Assembly: GCA_038319115.1 (NCBI GenBank)
Contig: JBBQCV010000002.1
Coordinates: 1-56,990, forward strand
From: Burkholderiales bacterium
GTDB lineage: Bacteria > Pseudomonadota > Gammaproteobacteria > Burkholderiales > SG8-39
Length of the DNA: 56,990 nt
Direction: 5' to 3'
Shown here: positions 46,487 to 56,990 of the stretch, in pieces
Position numbering within the stretch: position 1 is the first letter of the stretch
How the letters are laid out: each line of letters begins with the position of its first letter
Translations under genes and position numbers: made by a program
The notes under the pieces: generated by a model
The model's database searches: none
What the model saw: the letters and a program-made list of their open reading frames with translations, nothing else
Told to the model about the DNA's origin: nothing

Positions 46487-49171
46487 CTACACGAGCGTGG
46501 GATCGGGCTTGGCGGGATCGATGCCGTACTTTGCGATCGCCTGCGCAACCGTCTTCGGCTTCATCTCGCCCTGGTCGACCAGCGCCCTCAAGGCCGCGAT
46601 GGTGACCCAATAGCGGTTGACCTCGAAGAAATGGCGCAGCGATGCGCGCGTGTCGGAGCGACCGAAGCCGTCGGTGCCAAGGACCCGGTAAACCTTGTCC
46701 CTGGGCACGAAGGGGCGGATCTGCTCGGCGAATGTCTTCATGTAGTCGGTCGCCGCCACCACTGGGCCTGCGCGCTTCGCGAGGCACTGCTCGACATAGG
46801 ATATGCGCGGTTTTTCCTCCGGATGCAGCAGGTTCCAGCGATCCGCCGACAAGCCTTCGCGCCGCAGTTCGGTGAAGCTCGGCGCGCTCCAGATGTCGGC
46901 CGCCACGCCCCAATCCTTCTCCAGCAGCGCGGCCGCTTCGATCACTTCGCGCAGGATCGTGCCCGACCCCATGAGCTGCACCCGGCTCTTGGACTTCGAC
47001 TTGGCTTCCGACAGGGGATACATGCCTTTCAGGATGCCCTCCTCCACGCCCTTGGGCATGGCGGGGTGCTCGTAATTCTCGTTCATCAGGGTAATGTAGT
47101 AGTACACATCCTCCTGCTTCTCGACCATGCGCGTCAGGCCGTGCTGGATGATGACGGCCACTTCATAAGCGAACGTCGGGTCGTAAGAAACGCAGTTCGG
47201 GATCACGGACGAAAGGACGTGGCTGTGGCCGTCCTCGTGCTGCAGGCCCTCGCCGTTGAGGGTCGTGCGGCCCGCGGTTGCGCCCAGCAAGAACCCGCGT
47301 GCGCGCTGGTCGGCCGCCGCCCAGGCCAGGTCGCCGATGCGCTGCATGCCGAACATCGAATAGAAAATGTAGAACGGGAGCATGTTCACGCCGCTCGTCG
47401 AGTACGACGTCGCCGCAGCGATCCAGGAGCAGAAGGCACCGGCCTCGTTGATGCCCTCTTCCAGCACCTGCCCGGCCTTGTCCTCGCGGTAGTACATCAC
47501 CTGGTCCTTGTCGACCGGCTCGTACTTCTGGCCTTCCTGCGAGAAGATCCCCAGCTGGCGGAACATTCCCTCCATGCCGAAGGTGCGCGCTTCGTCCGGG
47601 ACGATAGGCACGACGTGCTTGCCGAGGTTCTTGTCACGCACCAGCGTCGTCAGGATGCGCACGAATGCCATGGTGGTGGAGATCTCGCGCCCCTCCGAGC
47701 TCTTGAGCTGCGCCTCGAAGGCTTCGAGCTTGGGCACGGGCAGGGTTTCGACGGCCTTGCGGCGGCGCTGCGGGAGAAACCCACCCAGCGCTGCGCGGCG
47801 CTCCAGCAGGTATTTCATCTCGGGCGAATCGGGCGCCGGCTTGTAGAACGGCAGTTCTTCGAGCTTGTCGTCCGGGATGGGGATGTTGAATCGGTCGCGC
47901 ATCTGGCGGATGGAGCTGATGTCCATCTTCTTCTGCTGGTGCGTGGTGTTCTTGCCCTCGCCGATCTTGCCCATCCCGTAGCCCTTCACGGTCTTGGCGA
48001 GGATTACGGTGGGCTGGACTTTGTGCTTCACCGCTGCGGCATAGGCGGCATAGATCTTGTGCGGATCGTGCCCGCCGCGGTTCAGGCGCCAGATGTCGGC
48101 GTCGGTCATGCGCGACACCATCTCGAGCAGGCGTGGGTCCTTGCCAAAAAAGTGCTTCCTCACGAATGCGCCGTCATTGGCCTTGAAGTTCTGGTACTCG
48201 CCGTCGACGGTGTCCTGCATGACTTTCTTGAGGGCGCCGTCCTTGTCGCGGGCAAGCAGCGGGTCCCAGTAAGAACCCCAGATGAGCTTGATCACGTTCC
48301 AGCCGGCGCCGCGGAAATCGGCTTCCAGTTCCTGGATGATCTTGCCGTTGCCGCGAACCGGCCCGTCGAGGCGCTGCAGGTTGCAGTTCACGATAAACAC
48401 GAGGTTGTCGAGCTTTTCGCGCACCGCCATGCCGATTGCGCCGAGGGATTCCGGCTCGTCCATCTCGCCATCGCCACAGAACACCCAGACCTTGCGGTTC
48501 TCGGTGTTGGCAAGACCCCTTGCATGCATGTACTTGAGGAAGCGCGCCTGGTAGATCGCCTGCAGCGGCCCGAGCCCCATGGAAACAGTGGGGAACTGCC
48601 AGAAATCCGGCATCAGCCAGGGATGGGGATAGGAGGTGATGCCCTTGCCGTCTACGTCGCGGCGGAAATTGAGCAGCTGTTCCTCGGTGAGGCGGCCTTC
48701 GAGATAGGCCCGCGCATAGATGCCAGGGGCGGAATGTCCCTGGAAGTAGATGAGGTCGCCGCCATGGTTTTCAGAGGGCGCATGCCAGAAGTGGTTGAAG
48801 CCGATCCCGAACAGCGTGCCCACCGAGGCGAAGCTGGCGATATGGCCGCCGAGGTCGCCATCCGTCTTGTTCGCCTTGGCCACCATGACCATGGCGTTCC
48901 AGCGCGCGTACGAGCGGATGCGCTCCTCGAGGGCGTGATCCCCGGGGGAACGCTCCTCCATGTGCGTGGGAATCGTATTGAGATAGGCCGTGTTGGCCGA
49001 GAAAGGCAGGTAGGCGCCTGACTGGCGCGCTGTATCGATCAGCTTCTGGAGCAGGTAATGCGCCCGCTCGGGCCCTTCGCGCTCAAGGACCGCTTCGAGG
49101 GCGTCCAGCCACTCCTTGGTTTCCTGCGAGTCCGCGTCATTGGCTGCGGGGAATTGGGGGACGGCAGACAT
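46487..49171 (-). CDS. aceE: Pyruvate dehydrogenase E1 component, homodimeric type
   Basis: 894 aa from the ATG at 49171, preceded by [44 protein letters not shown] and ...GTDGFGRSD... are AceE hallmarks. Confidence 0.95.
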   Translation of the reverse strand: MSAVPQFPAANDADSQETKEWLDALEAVLEREGPERAHYLLQKLIDTARQSGAYLPFSANTAYLNTIPTHMEERSPGDHALEERIRSYARWNAMVMVAKANKTDGDLGGHIASFASVGTLFGIGFNHFWHAPSENHGGDLIYFQGHSAPGIYARAYLEGRLTEEQLLNFRRDVDGKGITSYPHPWLMPDFWQFPTVSMGLGPLQAIYQARFLKYMHARGLANTENRKVWVFCGDGEMDEPESLGAIGMAVREKLDNLVFIVNCNLQRLDGPVRGNGKIIQELEADFRGAGWNVIKLIWGSYWDPLLARDKDGALKKVMQDTVDGEYQNFKANDGAFVRKHFFGKDPRLLEMVSRMTDADIWRLNRGGHDPHKIYAAYAAAVKHKVQPTVILAKTVKGYGMGKIGEGKNTTHQQKKMDISSIRQMRDRFNIPIPDDKLEELPFYKPAPDSPEMKYLLERRAALGGFLPQRRRKAVETLPVPKLEAFEAQLKSSEGREISTTMAFVRILTTLVRDKNLGKHVVPIVPDEARTFGMEGMFRQLGIFSQEGQKYEPVDKDQVMYYREDKAGQVLEEGINEAGAFCSWIAAATSYSTSGVNMLPFYIFYSMFGMQRIGDLAWAAADQRARGFLLGATAGRTTLNGEGLQHEDGHSHVLSSVIPNCVSYDPTFAYEVAVIIQHGLTRMVEKQEDVYYYITLMNENYEHPAMPKGVEEGILKGMYPLSEAKSKSKSRVQLMGSGTILREVIEAAALLEKDWGVAADIWSAPSFTELRREGLSADRWNLLHPEEKPRISYVEQCLAKRAGPVVAATDYMKTFAEQIRPFVPRDKVYRVLGTDGFGRSDTRASLRHFFEVNRYWVTIAALRALVDQGEMKPKTVAQAIAKYGIDPAKPDPTLV

Positions 49172-49421
49172 GACTCCTCCAGTGTTGGCTCGAGCTGTCG
49201 AACGGAACGCCGACTGGATTTTTTGAATCCGAAGCGCGTGGAAGTTCCATCGAAGCTTAATACGTTCAAGTAACCCGCACAAACGCGCACGCCCTCGGCG
49301 GCGGAATGGTCCGCACCCCTTACCTTATGGGCGAATTTCATATTGTAAAATCGTATCTCATATTACGCAATATGGTCGGATGCTAAACTTCGGCCCTTTT
49401 TTCGTGCGACCCAACAGGCGA

Positions 49422-50276
49422 ATGACTGCGCGGATCATCGATGGAAAGGCGCATGCAGCCGCCCTGCGCGCCGAACTGAAAATCACCGCCGACGCGCTGG
49501 CCGCGCGCGGCATCCGGCCTGGCCTCGCGGTCGTGATCGTGGGTGACGATCCTGCTTCGCGCACTTATGTCCGCAACAAGGTGCGCGCCTGCGAAGTAGC
49601 CGGCGTGCTGTCAGTCGAACGTGCGTTTCCGCACGACACGTCCGAGGCGACTTTGCTCGCGGCGATCGGCGCGCTGAATGCCGATCCGGTGATCGACGGC
49701 ATTCTCGTCCAGTTGCCATTGCCGGACCACCTCGATGCGTCGCGCGTTTTGGCGGCGGTTTCGCCGCACAAGGATGTCGACGGGTTCCATGTCCAGAGCG
49801 CCGGTGCGCTGTTGACCGGGAGGCCGGGTTTCGTGCCCTGCACGCCGGCAGGCATCGTCTACCTGCTTGAAAAAGAGGCGATCCCGGTCGCTGGGCGCCA
49901 TGCCGTCGTGCTGGGTCGCAGCAACATTGTCGGCAAGCCCATGGCACTGCTCCTCTTGCAAAAGGATGCGACGGTCACCATCTGCCATTCGAAGACACCC
50001 GATCTTGCCGCCCAGGCCCGCAGCGCGGACATCCTTATCGCCGCAGTCGGGCGATTGAATCTTGTCGACGCCGCGATGGTCAAACCCGGTGCCTGCGTCA
50101 TCGACGTGGGGACCAACCGAACGGCCGACGGGAAATTGCGCGGCGATGTCGATTTCGACTCCGTCTCGCGGGTTGCCGGCAGCATTACGCCGGTTCCCGG
50201 GGGAGTCGGGCCCATGACGGTTGCCATGCTCGTTGCCAACACGCTGCGGGCGGCAGCCCAGCGAAAACAGGACTGA
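49422..50276 (+). CDS. folD: Bifunctional methylenetetrahydrofolate dehydrogenase (NADP+) / methenyl-THF cyclohydrolase
   Basis: 284 aa from [13 protein letters not shown]..., which matches the E. coli FolD N-terminus. [36 protein letters not shown] and [11 protein letters not shown]. Confidence 0.9.
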   Translation: MTARIIDGKAHAAALRAELKITADALAARGIRPGLAVVIVGDDPASRTYVRNKVRACEVAGVLSVERAFPHDTSEATLLAAIGALNADPVIDGILVQLPLPDHLDASRVLAAVSPHKDVDGFHVQSAGALLTGRPGFVPCTPAGIVYLLEKEAIPVAGRHAVVLGRSNIVGKPMALLLLQKDATVTICHSKTPDLAAQARSADILIAAVGRLNLVDAAMVKPGACVIDVGTNRTADGKLRGDVDFDSVSRVAGSITPVPGGVGPMTVAMLVANTLRAAAQRKQD

Positions 50277-50277
50277 G

Positions 50278-52335
50278 ATGAAACCGAACGCCCTGAATCC
50301 CCTGCTCGATTTTTCCGGCCTGCCGCGGTTCGCGGATATAACGCCCGATCACGTCGCCCCTGCTATCGACCAGCTGCTCGCCGAATCGCGCGACGTCGTG
50401 AATTCGATCTCGGTGCCCGGCGTACCGGCCACTTGGGAAGCCTTCGTTCAACCGCTGGAGGATTCCGCCGAAAAACTTTCGCGCTCGTGGGGGCAGGTGG
50501 AACACCTGCACGCCGTCATGGACAGCCCGGAGTTGCGTGCTGCCTACAACGCCAGCCTGCCGAAAATCACGCAGTTCTGGACCGAACTGGGGCAGAACCT
50601 GGCGCTGTTCGAAAAGTACCGCGCCCTGAAAGCTTCACCGGAGTTCGAGCAGCTCATTCCTGCGCGCAAGCGTCTCATCGACAACGCCTTGCGCGATTTC
50701 CGTCTCGGGGGCGCCGAACTTCCGGCGCATCTCAAGCCACGGTACGCGGCGATCCAGGACGAGCAGGCCGCGCTGGCGGCAAAGTTCTCCGAGAATGTGC
50801 TGGACGCCACCAACGCCTATGCCTGCGCCGTCGAGGATGACAAGCGGCTCGCAGGGCTGCCCGACGATGCGATCCAGGCGGCGCGCGAAGCGGCCGAAAA
50901 AGAGGGTCGCCCGGGCTGGAAGTTCACTTTGCACATGCCTTCGTACCTGCCGGTACTGCAGTACGCCGATGACCGCGAACTGCGCGAGACCCTGTACAAG
51001 GCCAACGCGACACGGGCGTCCGAGTTCGGAAAACCCGATTGGGACAACACCCAACTCATTGCCCGGATCCTCAGGTTGCGCAGGGAAGAGGCCGTCATGC
51101 TGGGCTACGCCAACTTTGCGGAAGTTTCGCTGGTGCCGAAAATGGCGCGCGATCCCGGCGAAGTGCTGGAGTTCCTCCGTGACCTCGCACGGCGTGCGCG
51201 GCCTTTTGCCGAGCGCGACCTGGGGGAAATGAAAACTTTCGCGCTCGACAGTCTCTGCCTTCCCTCGCTCGAAGCGTGGGACATGACGTACGTCTCGGAA
51301 AAGCTGCGGGCGCAGCGGTACGCGTTTTCCGACCAGGAGGTGAAGGAATATTTCCCCGAAACACAGGTCGTCCCCGGCATGTTCAAGCTGGTCGAGACCC
51401 TGTACGGGATCCACATCCGCGAATCATCGGCACCGGTCTGGCAGGAGGATGTGCGCTTTTTCGATATTCGCGATACGTCGGGCGGGCTGGTGGGACAGTT
51501 CTACCTCGACCTCTATGCGCGCGAAACCAAGCGCGGCGGGGCATGGATGGACGGCGCAATCACGCGCCGTCGCGGCGTCACCGGCATCCAGACGCCGGTG
51601 GCGTACCTGAATTGCAATTTCGCGCGTCCGGTCGGCGACAAGCCGGCGCTGTTCACCCATGACGATGTCATCACCCTGTTCCATGAGTTCGGCCATGGAC
51701 TGCATCACCTGCTCACGCGTATCGAGGACCTCGCCGTCTCCGGGATCAACGGCGTGGAATGGGACGCAGTCGAACTGCCGAGCCAGTTCATGGAGAATTT
51801 CTGCTGGGAGTGGGACGTGCTGGAGCACATGACGCGCCACGTCGATACCGGTGCGCCGCTCCCGCGCGAATTGTTCGACAAAATGCTCGCTGCCAAGAAT
51901 TTCCAAGCCGGGCTGGGAATGCTCCGCCAGGTCGAGTTTTCCGTATTCGACATGCTGCTGCACTTCGATTTCGATCCCGACGCCGGACGCACTGCGCTCG
52001 ACGTGCTCGCCGAGGTCAGGAAGGAAATCGCCGTCATCACACCTCCCGACTACCACCGGTTTCCGAATAATTTCTCGCACGTGTTCGCAGGCGGGTATGC
52101 GGCCGGGTACTACAGCTACAAATGGGCGGAGGTGCTGTCCGCAGACGCCTTCAGCGCGTTCGAGGAAATGCGCGCCACGCGCAGCGTCCTCGACGTGGCG
52201 ACCGGCGCGCGTTTCCTCTCCGAGGTGCTCGCCGTAGGCGGCAGCAGGTCGGCGGCCGAATCGTTCCGCGCCTTCCGCGGGCGCGACCCCGAGGTCGATG
52301 CCCTGCTAAGGCACAATGGCATGATTCCCGCGTGA
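50278..52335 (+). CDS. prlC: Oligopeptidase A (M3 family)
   Basis: 685 aa. The ATG is 1 nt after the folD stop. Zinc motif TLFHEFGHGLHHLL and the downstream ELPSQFMENF. Confidence 0.9.
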   Translation: MKPNALNPLLDFSGLPRFADITPDHVAPAIDQLLAESRDVVNSISVPGVPATWEAFVQPLEDSAEKLSRSWGQVEHLHAVMDSPELRAAYNASLPKITQFWTELGQNLALFEKYRALKASPEFEQLIPARKRLIDNALRDFRLGGAELPAHLKPRYAAIQDEQAALAAKFSENVLDATNAYACAVEDDKRLAGLPDDAIQAAREAAEKEGRPGWKFTLHMPSYLPVLQYADDRELRETLYKANATRASEFGKPDWDNTQLIARILRLRREEAVMLGYANFAEVSLVPKMARDPGEVLEFLRDLARRARPFAERDLGEMKTFALDSLCLPSLEAWDMTYVSEKLRAQRYAFSDQEVKEYFPETQVVPGMFKLVETLYGIHIRESSAPVWQEDVRFFDIRDTSGGLVGQFYLDLYARETKRGGAWMDGAITRRRGVTGIQTPVAYLNCNFARPVGDKPALFTHDDVITLFHEFGHGLHHLLTRIEDLAVSGINGVEWDAVELPSQFMENFCWEWDVLEHMTRHVDTGAPLPRELFDKMLAAKNFQAGLGMLRQVEFSVFDMLLHFDFDPDAGRTALDVLAEVRKEIAVITPPDYHRFPNNFSHVFAGGYAAGYYSYKWAEVLSADAFSAFEEMRATRSVLDVATGARFLSEVLAVGGSRSAAESFRAFRGRDPEVDALLRHNGMIPA

Positions 52336-52413
52336 ATTGCAGGGGCATTTAGTTCTACCCCGGCAGGACGCGGCCCTCGACTCGATCCCTCTACCGCCAT
52401 GTCGGGAGAAAAA

Positions 52414-53178
52414 ATGAAGCTGGCGACCTGGAACGTCAACTCCCTCAAGATTCGCCTGCCTCACCTGCTCGACTGGCTAGCTTCCGCGAAGCCCGACATC
52501 GTGTGTCTCCAGGAGCTCAAGCTGGAGGACGACAAGTTTCCCCGCGATGCACTCACTGCCGCCGGCTACGCGTCGGCATGCTTCGGGCAAAAGACCTATA
52601 ACGGCGTTGCCATCCTGTCACGATCACCCTTGACCGACATCCAGGTAGGCATCCCGGGGTTTGTCCATGAGCACAAACGCGTCATCTCAGCCACCGTAGA
52701 CGGCGTTCGGGTCGTCTGCCTGTACGCTCCCAACGGCCAGGCCGTCGGCTCCGAGAAGTACGAATACAAGCTGCGATGGTATCTGGCACTGCGTGAGTGG
52801 CTGAAGGACGAACTTGCCCGCCACTCCCAGCTGGCCGTACTGGGGGATCTCAACATCGCCCCCGAAGACCGGGACGTGCACGACCCCAAGGTCTGGGAAG
52901 GCCAGACCCATGTGTCTGAACCGGAACGGGCCGCGTTCCGCTCGATCCTCGACCTCGGGCTGCAGGATTCCTTCCGCCTGTTCGAGCAGGCGGAGAAAAC
53001 CTTCTCGTGGTGGGATTACAGGATGCTGGCGTTTCGCCGCAACGCTGGCCTGCGTATCGATTTCATCCTGTTGAGCGCAGCCCTGGCATTACGCTGCACC
53101 GGCTGCACGATCGACAAGGCACCACGCAAGCTCGAGCGGCCCAGCGACCACACGCCAGTGGTGGTTGAACTCGGTTGA
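52414..53178 (+). CDS. xthA: Exodeoxyribonuclease III
   Basis: [14 protein letters not shown]...[10 protein letters not shown]...[11 protein letters not shown]...SWWDYR...[10 protein letters not shown]...[11 protein letters not shown]. The start is set at the ATG at 52414, 5 nt after GGGAGA; an ATG at 52399 is also possible. Confidence 0.85.
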   Translation: MKLATWNVNSLKIRLPHLLDWLASAKPDIVCLQELKLEDDKFPRDALTAAGYASACFGQKTYNGVAILSRSPLTDIQVGIPGFVHEHKRVISATVDGVRVVCLYAPNGQAVGSEKYEYKLRWYLALREWLKDELARHSQLAVLGDLNIAPEDRDVHDPKVWEGQTHVSEPERAAFRSILDLGLQDSFRLFEQAEKTFSWWDYRMLAFRRNAGLRIDFILLSAALALRCTGCTIDKAPRKLERPSDHTPVVVELG

Positions 53179-53199
53179 CGCAGTTTTCCCGCATGAAAC

Positions 53200-54792
53200 T
53201 CAGTCGATCGCCTCGTACGCCGGCAAGGTGAGGAACTCCACATACTCACCGGTGGTGAGCTTGGCGAACAGTTCAGCGCCTTCCTCGTACTTTCCCGCCT
53301 CCCAGGCGACTTCACCCAGGTAATCCCTGACCTTCGGCAGCTCTTCGGCGAGCAGTTCGCGAAACAGTTCGGAAGTCACTTTGCGGCCATCGTCGAGCCG
53401 ACCTTTTTCGCTACGGATCCACTGCCAGATCTGGGAGCGGGAAATCTCCGCGGTGGCCGCATCTTCCATAAGGTTGAATACCGGCACGCAGCCATTGCCG
53501 GCGAGCCACGCTCCCAGGTATTGGATGCCCACGGAGATGTTGTTGCGCAGTCCGGCCTCGGTAATCGGGGCTTCCGGCTTGAAGTCGAGCAGGTCCTTGG
53601 CGCGGAAATTGACGTCGGGCCGCTGCCTGTCGTACTGGTTGGGGCGCGGCATGTGGAGGTCGAAGACTTCCTTGGCAATCGGCACGAGCGCCGGGTGGGC
53701 GACCCAGGTGCCGTCGCACCCATCGGTCACTTCGCGCAGCTTGTCCTGGCGCACCTTCTCCAGCGCAGCGTCGTTGGCTACGGGATCGTTCTTGATCGGG
53801 ATCTGGGCGGCCATGCCGCCCATCGCCGGCGCGCCGCGCTTGTGGCAGGTCTTGACCAGGGTCAGCGCATAGGCGCGCATGAATGGCGACGTCATGGTGA
53901 CCTGCGACCGGTCGGCCAGGCAGAAATCGTCGTTCGAGCGGAATTTCTTGATGCACGAAAAAATGTAATCCCATCGCCCGATATTGAGCCCGGCGGAATG
54001 GTCCTTGAGCTCCCACAGGATCTCGTCCATCTCGAACGCGGCGACCACCGTCTCGATCAGCACCGTCGCGCGAATCGTGCCGTGCGCGATGCCCAACGCT
54101 GCCTGTGCCTTGGTAAAGACGTCGTTCCACAGCCTGGCCTCAAGATGGGACTCCATTTTGGGCAGGTAGTAGTAGGGTCCGCTGGCGCGCGCGAGCAATT
54201 CCTTGGCGTTATGGAAGAACAGGAGGGCGAAATCGAACATCCCGCCCGAAACTGGCGTGCCGTCCACCGTCACGTGCTTTTCGTCGAGGTGCCACCCGCG
54301 CGGCCGCGGCACAAGGACCGCAGGCTTATCGATGAGCTTGTACTGCTTGCCGCCTTGGTCGAGCGAGATCGTCCGGCGCACCGCATCGCGGATGTTGATC
54401 TGGCCGTCGATCATGTTGAACCACGTCGGGCAATTGGCGTCTTCGAAATCGGCCATGAAGGTCGATGCGCCGCAATTGAGCGCATTGATCACCATTTTTC
54501 GATCCGTCGGGCCGGTGATTTCGACCCGCCGGTCGAGCATGTCGGGGGGTTGCGGAGCAATTGTCCACTCGTCTTCGCGAATAGCTCTCGTTTCCGTCAG
54601 AAAATCCGGCAACCCACCTGCATCGAATTCTTTTTGCCTTGCAGCACGCCGGGCGAGCAACTCGAGGCGGCGCGGGTTGAATTCGCGATGCAGCATTGCC
54701 ACCAGATCGAGGGCGGCGGGGGTCAGTATCTGAGCGAAATCAGGGCTGATGGGCGCGCTGATTGCGACGCCGACGGGCAGGGGAATGGGCAT
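53200..54792 (-). CDS. aceB: Malate synthase A
   Basis: About 530 aa, the A-type length. [40 protein letters not shown] and [11 protein letters not shown]. The start is set at the ATG at 54792, 6 nt after AAGGA; a GTG at 54816 is possible. Confidence 0.9.
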   Translation of the reverse strand: MPIPLPVGVAISAPISPDFAQILTPAALDLVAMLHREFNPRRLELLARRAARQKEFDAGGLPDFLTETRAIREDEWTIAPQPPDMLDRRVEITGPTDRKMVINALNCGASTFMADFEDANCPTWFNMIDGQINIRDAVRRTISLDQGGKQYKLIDKPAVLVPRPRGWHLDEKHVTVDGTPVSGGMFDFALLFFHNAKELLARASGPYYYLPKMESHLEARLWNDVFTKAQAALGIAHGTIRATVLIETVVAAFEMDEILWELKDHSAGLNIGRWDYIFSCIKKFRSNDDFCLADRSQVTMTSPFMRAYALTLVKTCHKRGAPAMGGMAAQIPIKNDPVANDAALEKVRQDKLREVTDGCDGTWVAHPALVPIAKEVFDLHMPRPNQYDRQRPDVNFRAKDLLDFKPEAPITEAGLRNNISVGIQYLGAWLAGNGCVPVFNLMEDAATAEISRSQIWQWIRSEKGRLDDGRKVTSELFRELLAEELPKVRDYLGEVAWEAGKYEEGAELFAKLTTGEYVEFLTLPAYEAID

Positions 54793-54828
54793 GGACGATC
54801 CTTTATTGCTTTGCACAAAAGGAGTCGG

Positions 54829-54857
54829 ATTGTACCTCGCGATTCCGCATGGTGAAA
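54829..54857 (-). promoter_or_regulatory. Candidate sigma70-type promoter for aceB (minus strand: TTTCAC-N17-TACAAT)
   Basis: Read on the minus strand: the -35-like gtgaaa complement is at 54852-54857 and the -10 TACAAT at 54829-54834, with 17-nt spacing, about 37 nt upstream of the ATG. This is a pattern match only. Confidence 0.3.
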
Positions 54858-54872
54858 TCGGCGAACAGCCCC

Positions 54873-56270
54873 CTAGGCGGCGTCTTTATCGTCGATGCCG
54901 AGTTCCTGGATCTTGCGAGTAATGGTGTTTCGCCCCATGCCCAGCAATCCGGCCGCCTCGATGCGGCGCCCTCCGGTGCGAGCCAAAGCTTTGACTATCA
55001 AAGATTTTTCGAACTGCCGCCCGAGCATGTCGAGGATCCCGCTTTCGCCTTGGCCCAAGCGCCGTTCGACCTCGAGTTCGAGCGCTGCAATCCAGTCCGA
55101 ACTGCCGCCCCCGGCGGGTTGCTCACGGAAATCGGCCGGCAGATCGCCCACATCGACGACCTGGCCCGGCGCCATGACGGTAAGCCAATGGCAAAGGTTT
55201 TCGAGCTGCCGCACATTGCCCGGGAAATCGAGCCGGGCGATGTGCTCGATCGCCTCTTCGGACATGCGCTTGGGCTCCACGCTGAGTTGCGCGGCGCTAT
55301 GGGTGAGGAAATGGCGGGTGAGCAAGGGGATGTCCTCCCGCCGTTCGCGCATCGCGGGAAGGCGGATGCGTATCACGTTGAGGCGGTGGTAGAGATCTTC
55401 GCGAAAGCTGCCCTCCTTCACGCGCGCATCTAAATTCTGGTGAGTCGCCGCGATGACGCGGACATTGGTGCGGATCTGCTGGTGGCCGCCGACGCGATAA
55501 AAGCTCCCGTCGGACAGGACTCGCAGCAGGCGAGTCTGCAGGTCGGCTGGCATGTCGCCTATTTCGTCGAGGAACAGGGTGCCGCCTTCGGCCTGTTCGA
55601 ATCGCCCGCGGCGCTGTGTCTGCGCACCGGTAAACGAGCCGCGCTCATGCCCGAAGAGCTCGGATTCGAGCAAGTCCTTCGGCATCGCCGCGGTATTGAT
55701 CGCAATGAAGGGCTTTGCGGCGCGTGCACTGTGGCGGTGCAGCGCGCGCGCCACGAGCTCCTTGCCCGACCCGGATTCGCCCGTGATAAGGACTGTTGCC
55801 GTGGACTGTGACAACCGCCCGATGGCCCGGAAGACTTCCTGCATGGCAGGCGCCTGGCCCAGGATTTCCGGTGCCTCCGCCACCGGCTCGACCGCCGTCG
55901 CTTCGCGCTGGCTTTCGTCGAGCGCCCGCCGGATCAGGTCGACGGCCTGGTCGACGTCGAACGGCTTGGGAAGGTACTCATAGGCGCCCCCCTGGAAAGC
56001 AGCGACCGCCGACTCCAGATCCGAATAAGCCGTCATCACGATGACCGGAACCGAGGGGTGCCGCCCCTTGACGGTTTGCAGCAGCTTCAGGCCCGACGGC
56101 CCGGGCATGCGGATGTCCGAAACCAGAACCTGTGGGGGGCCGTTGCTCAGCGCATCCAGCGCATCGGAAGCCGAGGGGAAGGACTCGAATGCGATGCCTT
56201 CGCGCGCGAGTGCCTTTTCGAACACCCAGCGAATTGAGCGGTCATCATCGACGATCCAGACGGGTTTCAT
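54873..56270 (-). CDS. ntrC: Nitrogen regulation protein NR(I), a sigma54-dependent response regulator
   Basis: 465 aa. Receiver domain IWIVDDD...SDIRMPG, AAA+ motifs GESGSGKE and GAFTGA-like [15 protein letters not shown], and the C-terminal Fis-type HTH. Confidence 0.9.
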   Translation of the reverse strand: MKPVWIVDDDRSIRWVFEKALAREGIAFESFPSASDALDALSNGPPQVLVSDIRMPGPSGLKLLQTVKGRHPSVPVIVMTAYSDLESAVAAFQGGAYEYLPKPFDVDQAVDLIRRALDESQREATAVEPVAEAPEILGQAPAMQEVFRAIGRLSQSTATVLITGESGSGKELVARALHRHSARAAKPFIAINTAAMPKDLLESELFGHERGSFTGAQTQRRGRFEQAEGGTLFLDEIGDMPADLQTRLLRVLSDGSFYRVGGHQQIRTNVRVIAATHQNLDARVKEGSFREDLYHRLNVIRIRLPAMRERREDIPLLTRHFLTHSAAQLSVEPKRMSEEAIEHIARLDFPGNVRQLENLCHWLTVMAPGQVVDVGDLPADFREQPAGGGSSDWIAALELEVERRLGQGESGILDMLGRQFEKSLIVKALARTGGRRIEAAGLLGMGRNTITRKIQELGIDDKDAA

Positions 56271-56300
56271 CAGTATCCAGGCAAAAGCCGCGCGCCGGCA

Positions 56301-56990
56301 TCAAGCCAACGGCAGCAAGATAGTAAACACGGTTCGGCCGGCACGGCTGTCGCACTCGATCATCCCCTTGTGATACTGGATGAAAGTATGCGCCAGCGAC
56401 AAGCCAAGACCGCTTCCCCCTTCCCGCCCGGATACGAGGGGGTTGAATATCTTGTCTCGAATATCTTCTGCCACACCCGGGCCGTCGTCGATTACTTGCA
56501 ATTCTAGTGCCAGCTTGTGGCGCTGCCGGACGATGGTCACCTGACGGGCAATTCGGGTGCGGAACTCGATCGTCCCACCAGCCGGCCCGCCTGCGCCCTG
56601 CGAATGCGCAAGGGCCGGCCGTAGTGCCTGGGCCGCGTTGCGCGCAATGTTGAGGATGGCCTGGATGAGCTGCTCCTTGTCGCCGATGAGCTCGGGCACG
56701 CTGATATCGTAGTTACGCTGAATCGCTATGCCGTCGGAGAACTCGGCGAGCACCAGGCTCCTGACCCGTTCGAGGATTTCGTGCACGTTGAGGGGAGCGA
56801 GGCGAGGTGTGCGATGAGGAGTCAGCAACCGGTCCACAAGCGACTGCAGCCGGTCGGCCTCCTTGATGATTACCTGGGTGTATTCGCGCAGTTCCGCCTT
56901 GTCGAGCTCACGCTCAAGCAGCTGGGCGGATCCGCGCAGCCCCCCCAGCGGATTCTTGATCTCGTGGGCGAGATTGCGTATGAGCTCGCG
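56301..56990 (-). CDS. ntrB: Nitrogen regulation sensor histidine kinase NR(II), C-terminal part; the 5' end lies outside the window
   Basis: The frame is open from the window edge. RELIRNLAHEIKNPLGGLRGSAQLL is the H box, followed by the N box NIARNAAQA, the G1 box VIDDGPGV and the G2 box GGSGLGL. The stop is 30 nt upstream of the ntrC start. Confidence 0.85.
   Translation of the reverse strand, partial: RELIRNLAHEIKNPLGGLRGSAQLLERELDKAELREYTQVIIKEADRLQSLVDRLLTPHRTPRLAPLNVHEILERVRSLVLAEFSDGIAIQRNYDISVPELIGDKEQLIQAILNIARNAAQALRPALAHSQGAGGPAGGTIEFRTRIARQVTIVRQRHKLALELQVIDDGPGVAEDIRDKIFNPLVSGREGGSGLGLSLAHTFIQYHKGMIECDSRAGRTVFTILLPLA

Noticed and set aside
45260-49021. 1253-aa ORF on the plus strand, the longest in the track
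   Set aside because: It lies entirely antisense to aceF and aceE, whose translations carry unmistakable PDH motifs. Its own translation is low-complexity (Ala/Arg/Gly/Ser-rich) with no motifs. Long antisense ORFs are expected at this GC content because stop codons are rare.

Overview
GC-rich proteobacterial chromosomal segment. Gene content and order look betaproteobacterial: a Bug/TctC-type binding protein, aceE-aceF-lpdA with a lipoyl domain on E3, a stand-alone rlmK, and ntrBC. That lineage call is inference only. I saw no rRNA, tRNA, CRISPR array, IS element, integrase or prophage genes. Most of the window is core metabolism and housekeeping: tkt-gap-pgk, nudC, a fused speD-speE, rsmE, argA, yggX, rpiA, the PDH operon, folD, prlC, xthA, aceB and ntrC/ntrB. 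Four accessory-looking blocks are embedded in it. (1) 9.3-13.7 kb holds a carbamoylase plus omega-transaminase pair, divergent from an AtzG-like/AtzE-like amidase pair. (2) 13.7-16.9 kb is a more AT-rich islet of small stress or secreted proteins, including a triple beta/gamma-crystallin protein with a very recent internal duplication. (3) 20.2-24.5 kb holds three SAM methyltransferases, one of them a 702-aa TPR fusion translationally coupled to rlmK. (4) 25.0-38.5 kb is a large GntR-controlled sugar-acid locus. It combines IlvD/Edd and UxaA/GarD dehydratases, an SDR plus FAH-hydrolase pair, an RraA-fold protein, a complete ABC importer and TRAP DctQM without DctP. I consider block (4) the best candidate for an undescribed pathway variant. 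Other points: a 257-nt non-coding leader upstream of speD-speE, a 3 x 39-bp palindromic tandem repeat, and a terminator-flanked 55-codon TTG-start gene that is absent from the ORF track. Many long ORFs in the track are antisense or out-of-frame artefacts of high GC content and were rejected. I did not find a defence, toxin-antitoxin or mobile system. All functional calls come from reading the translated ORFs against remembered family motifs; no searches were run.
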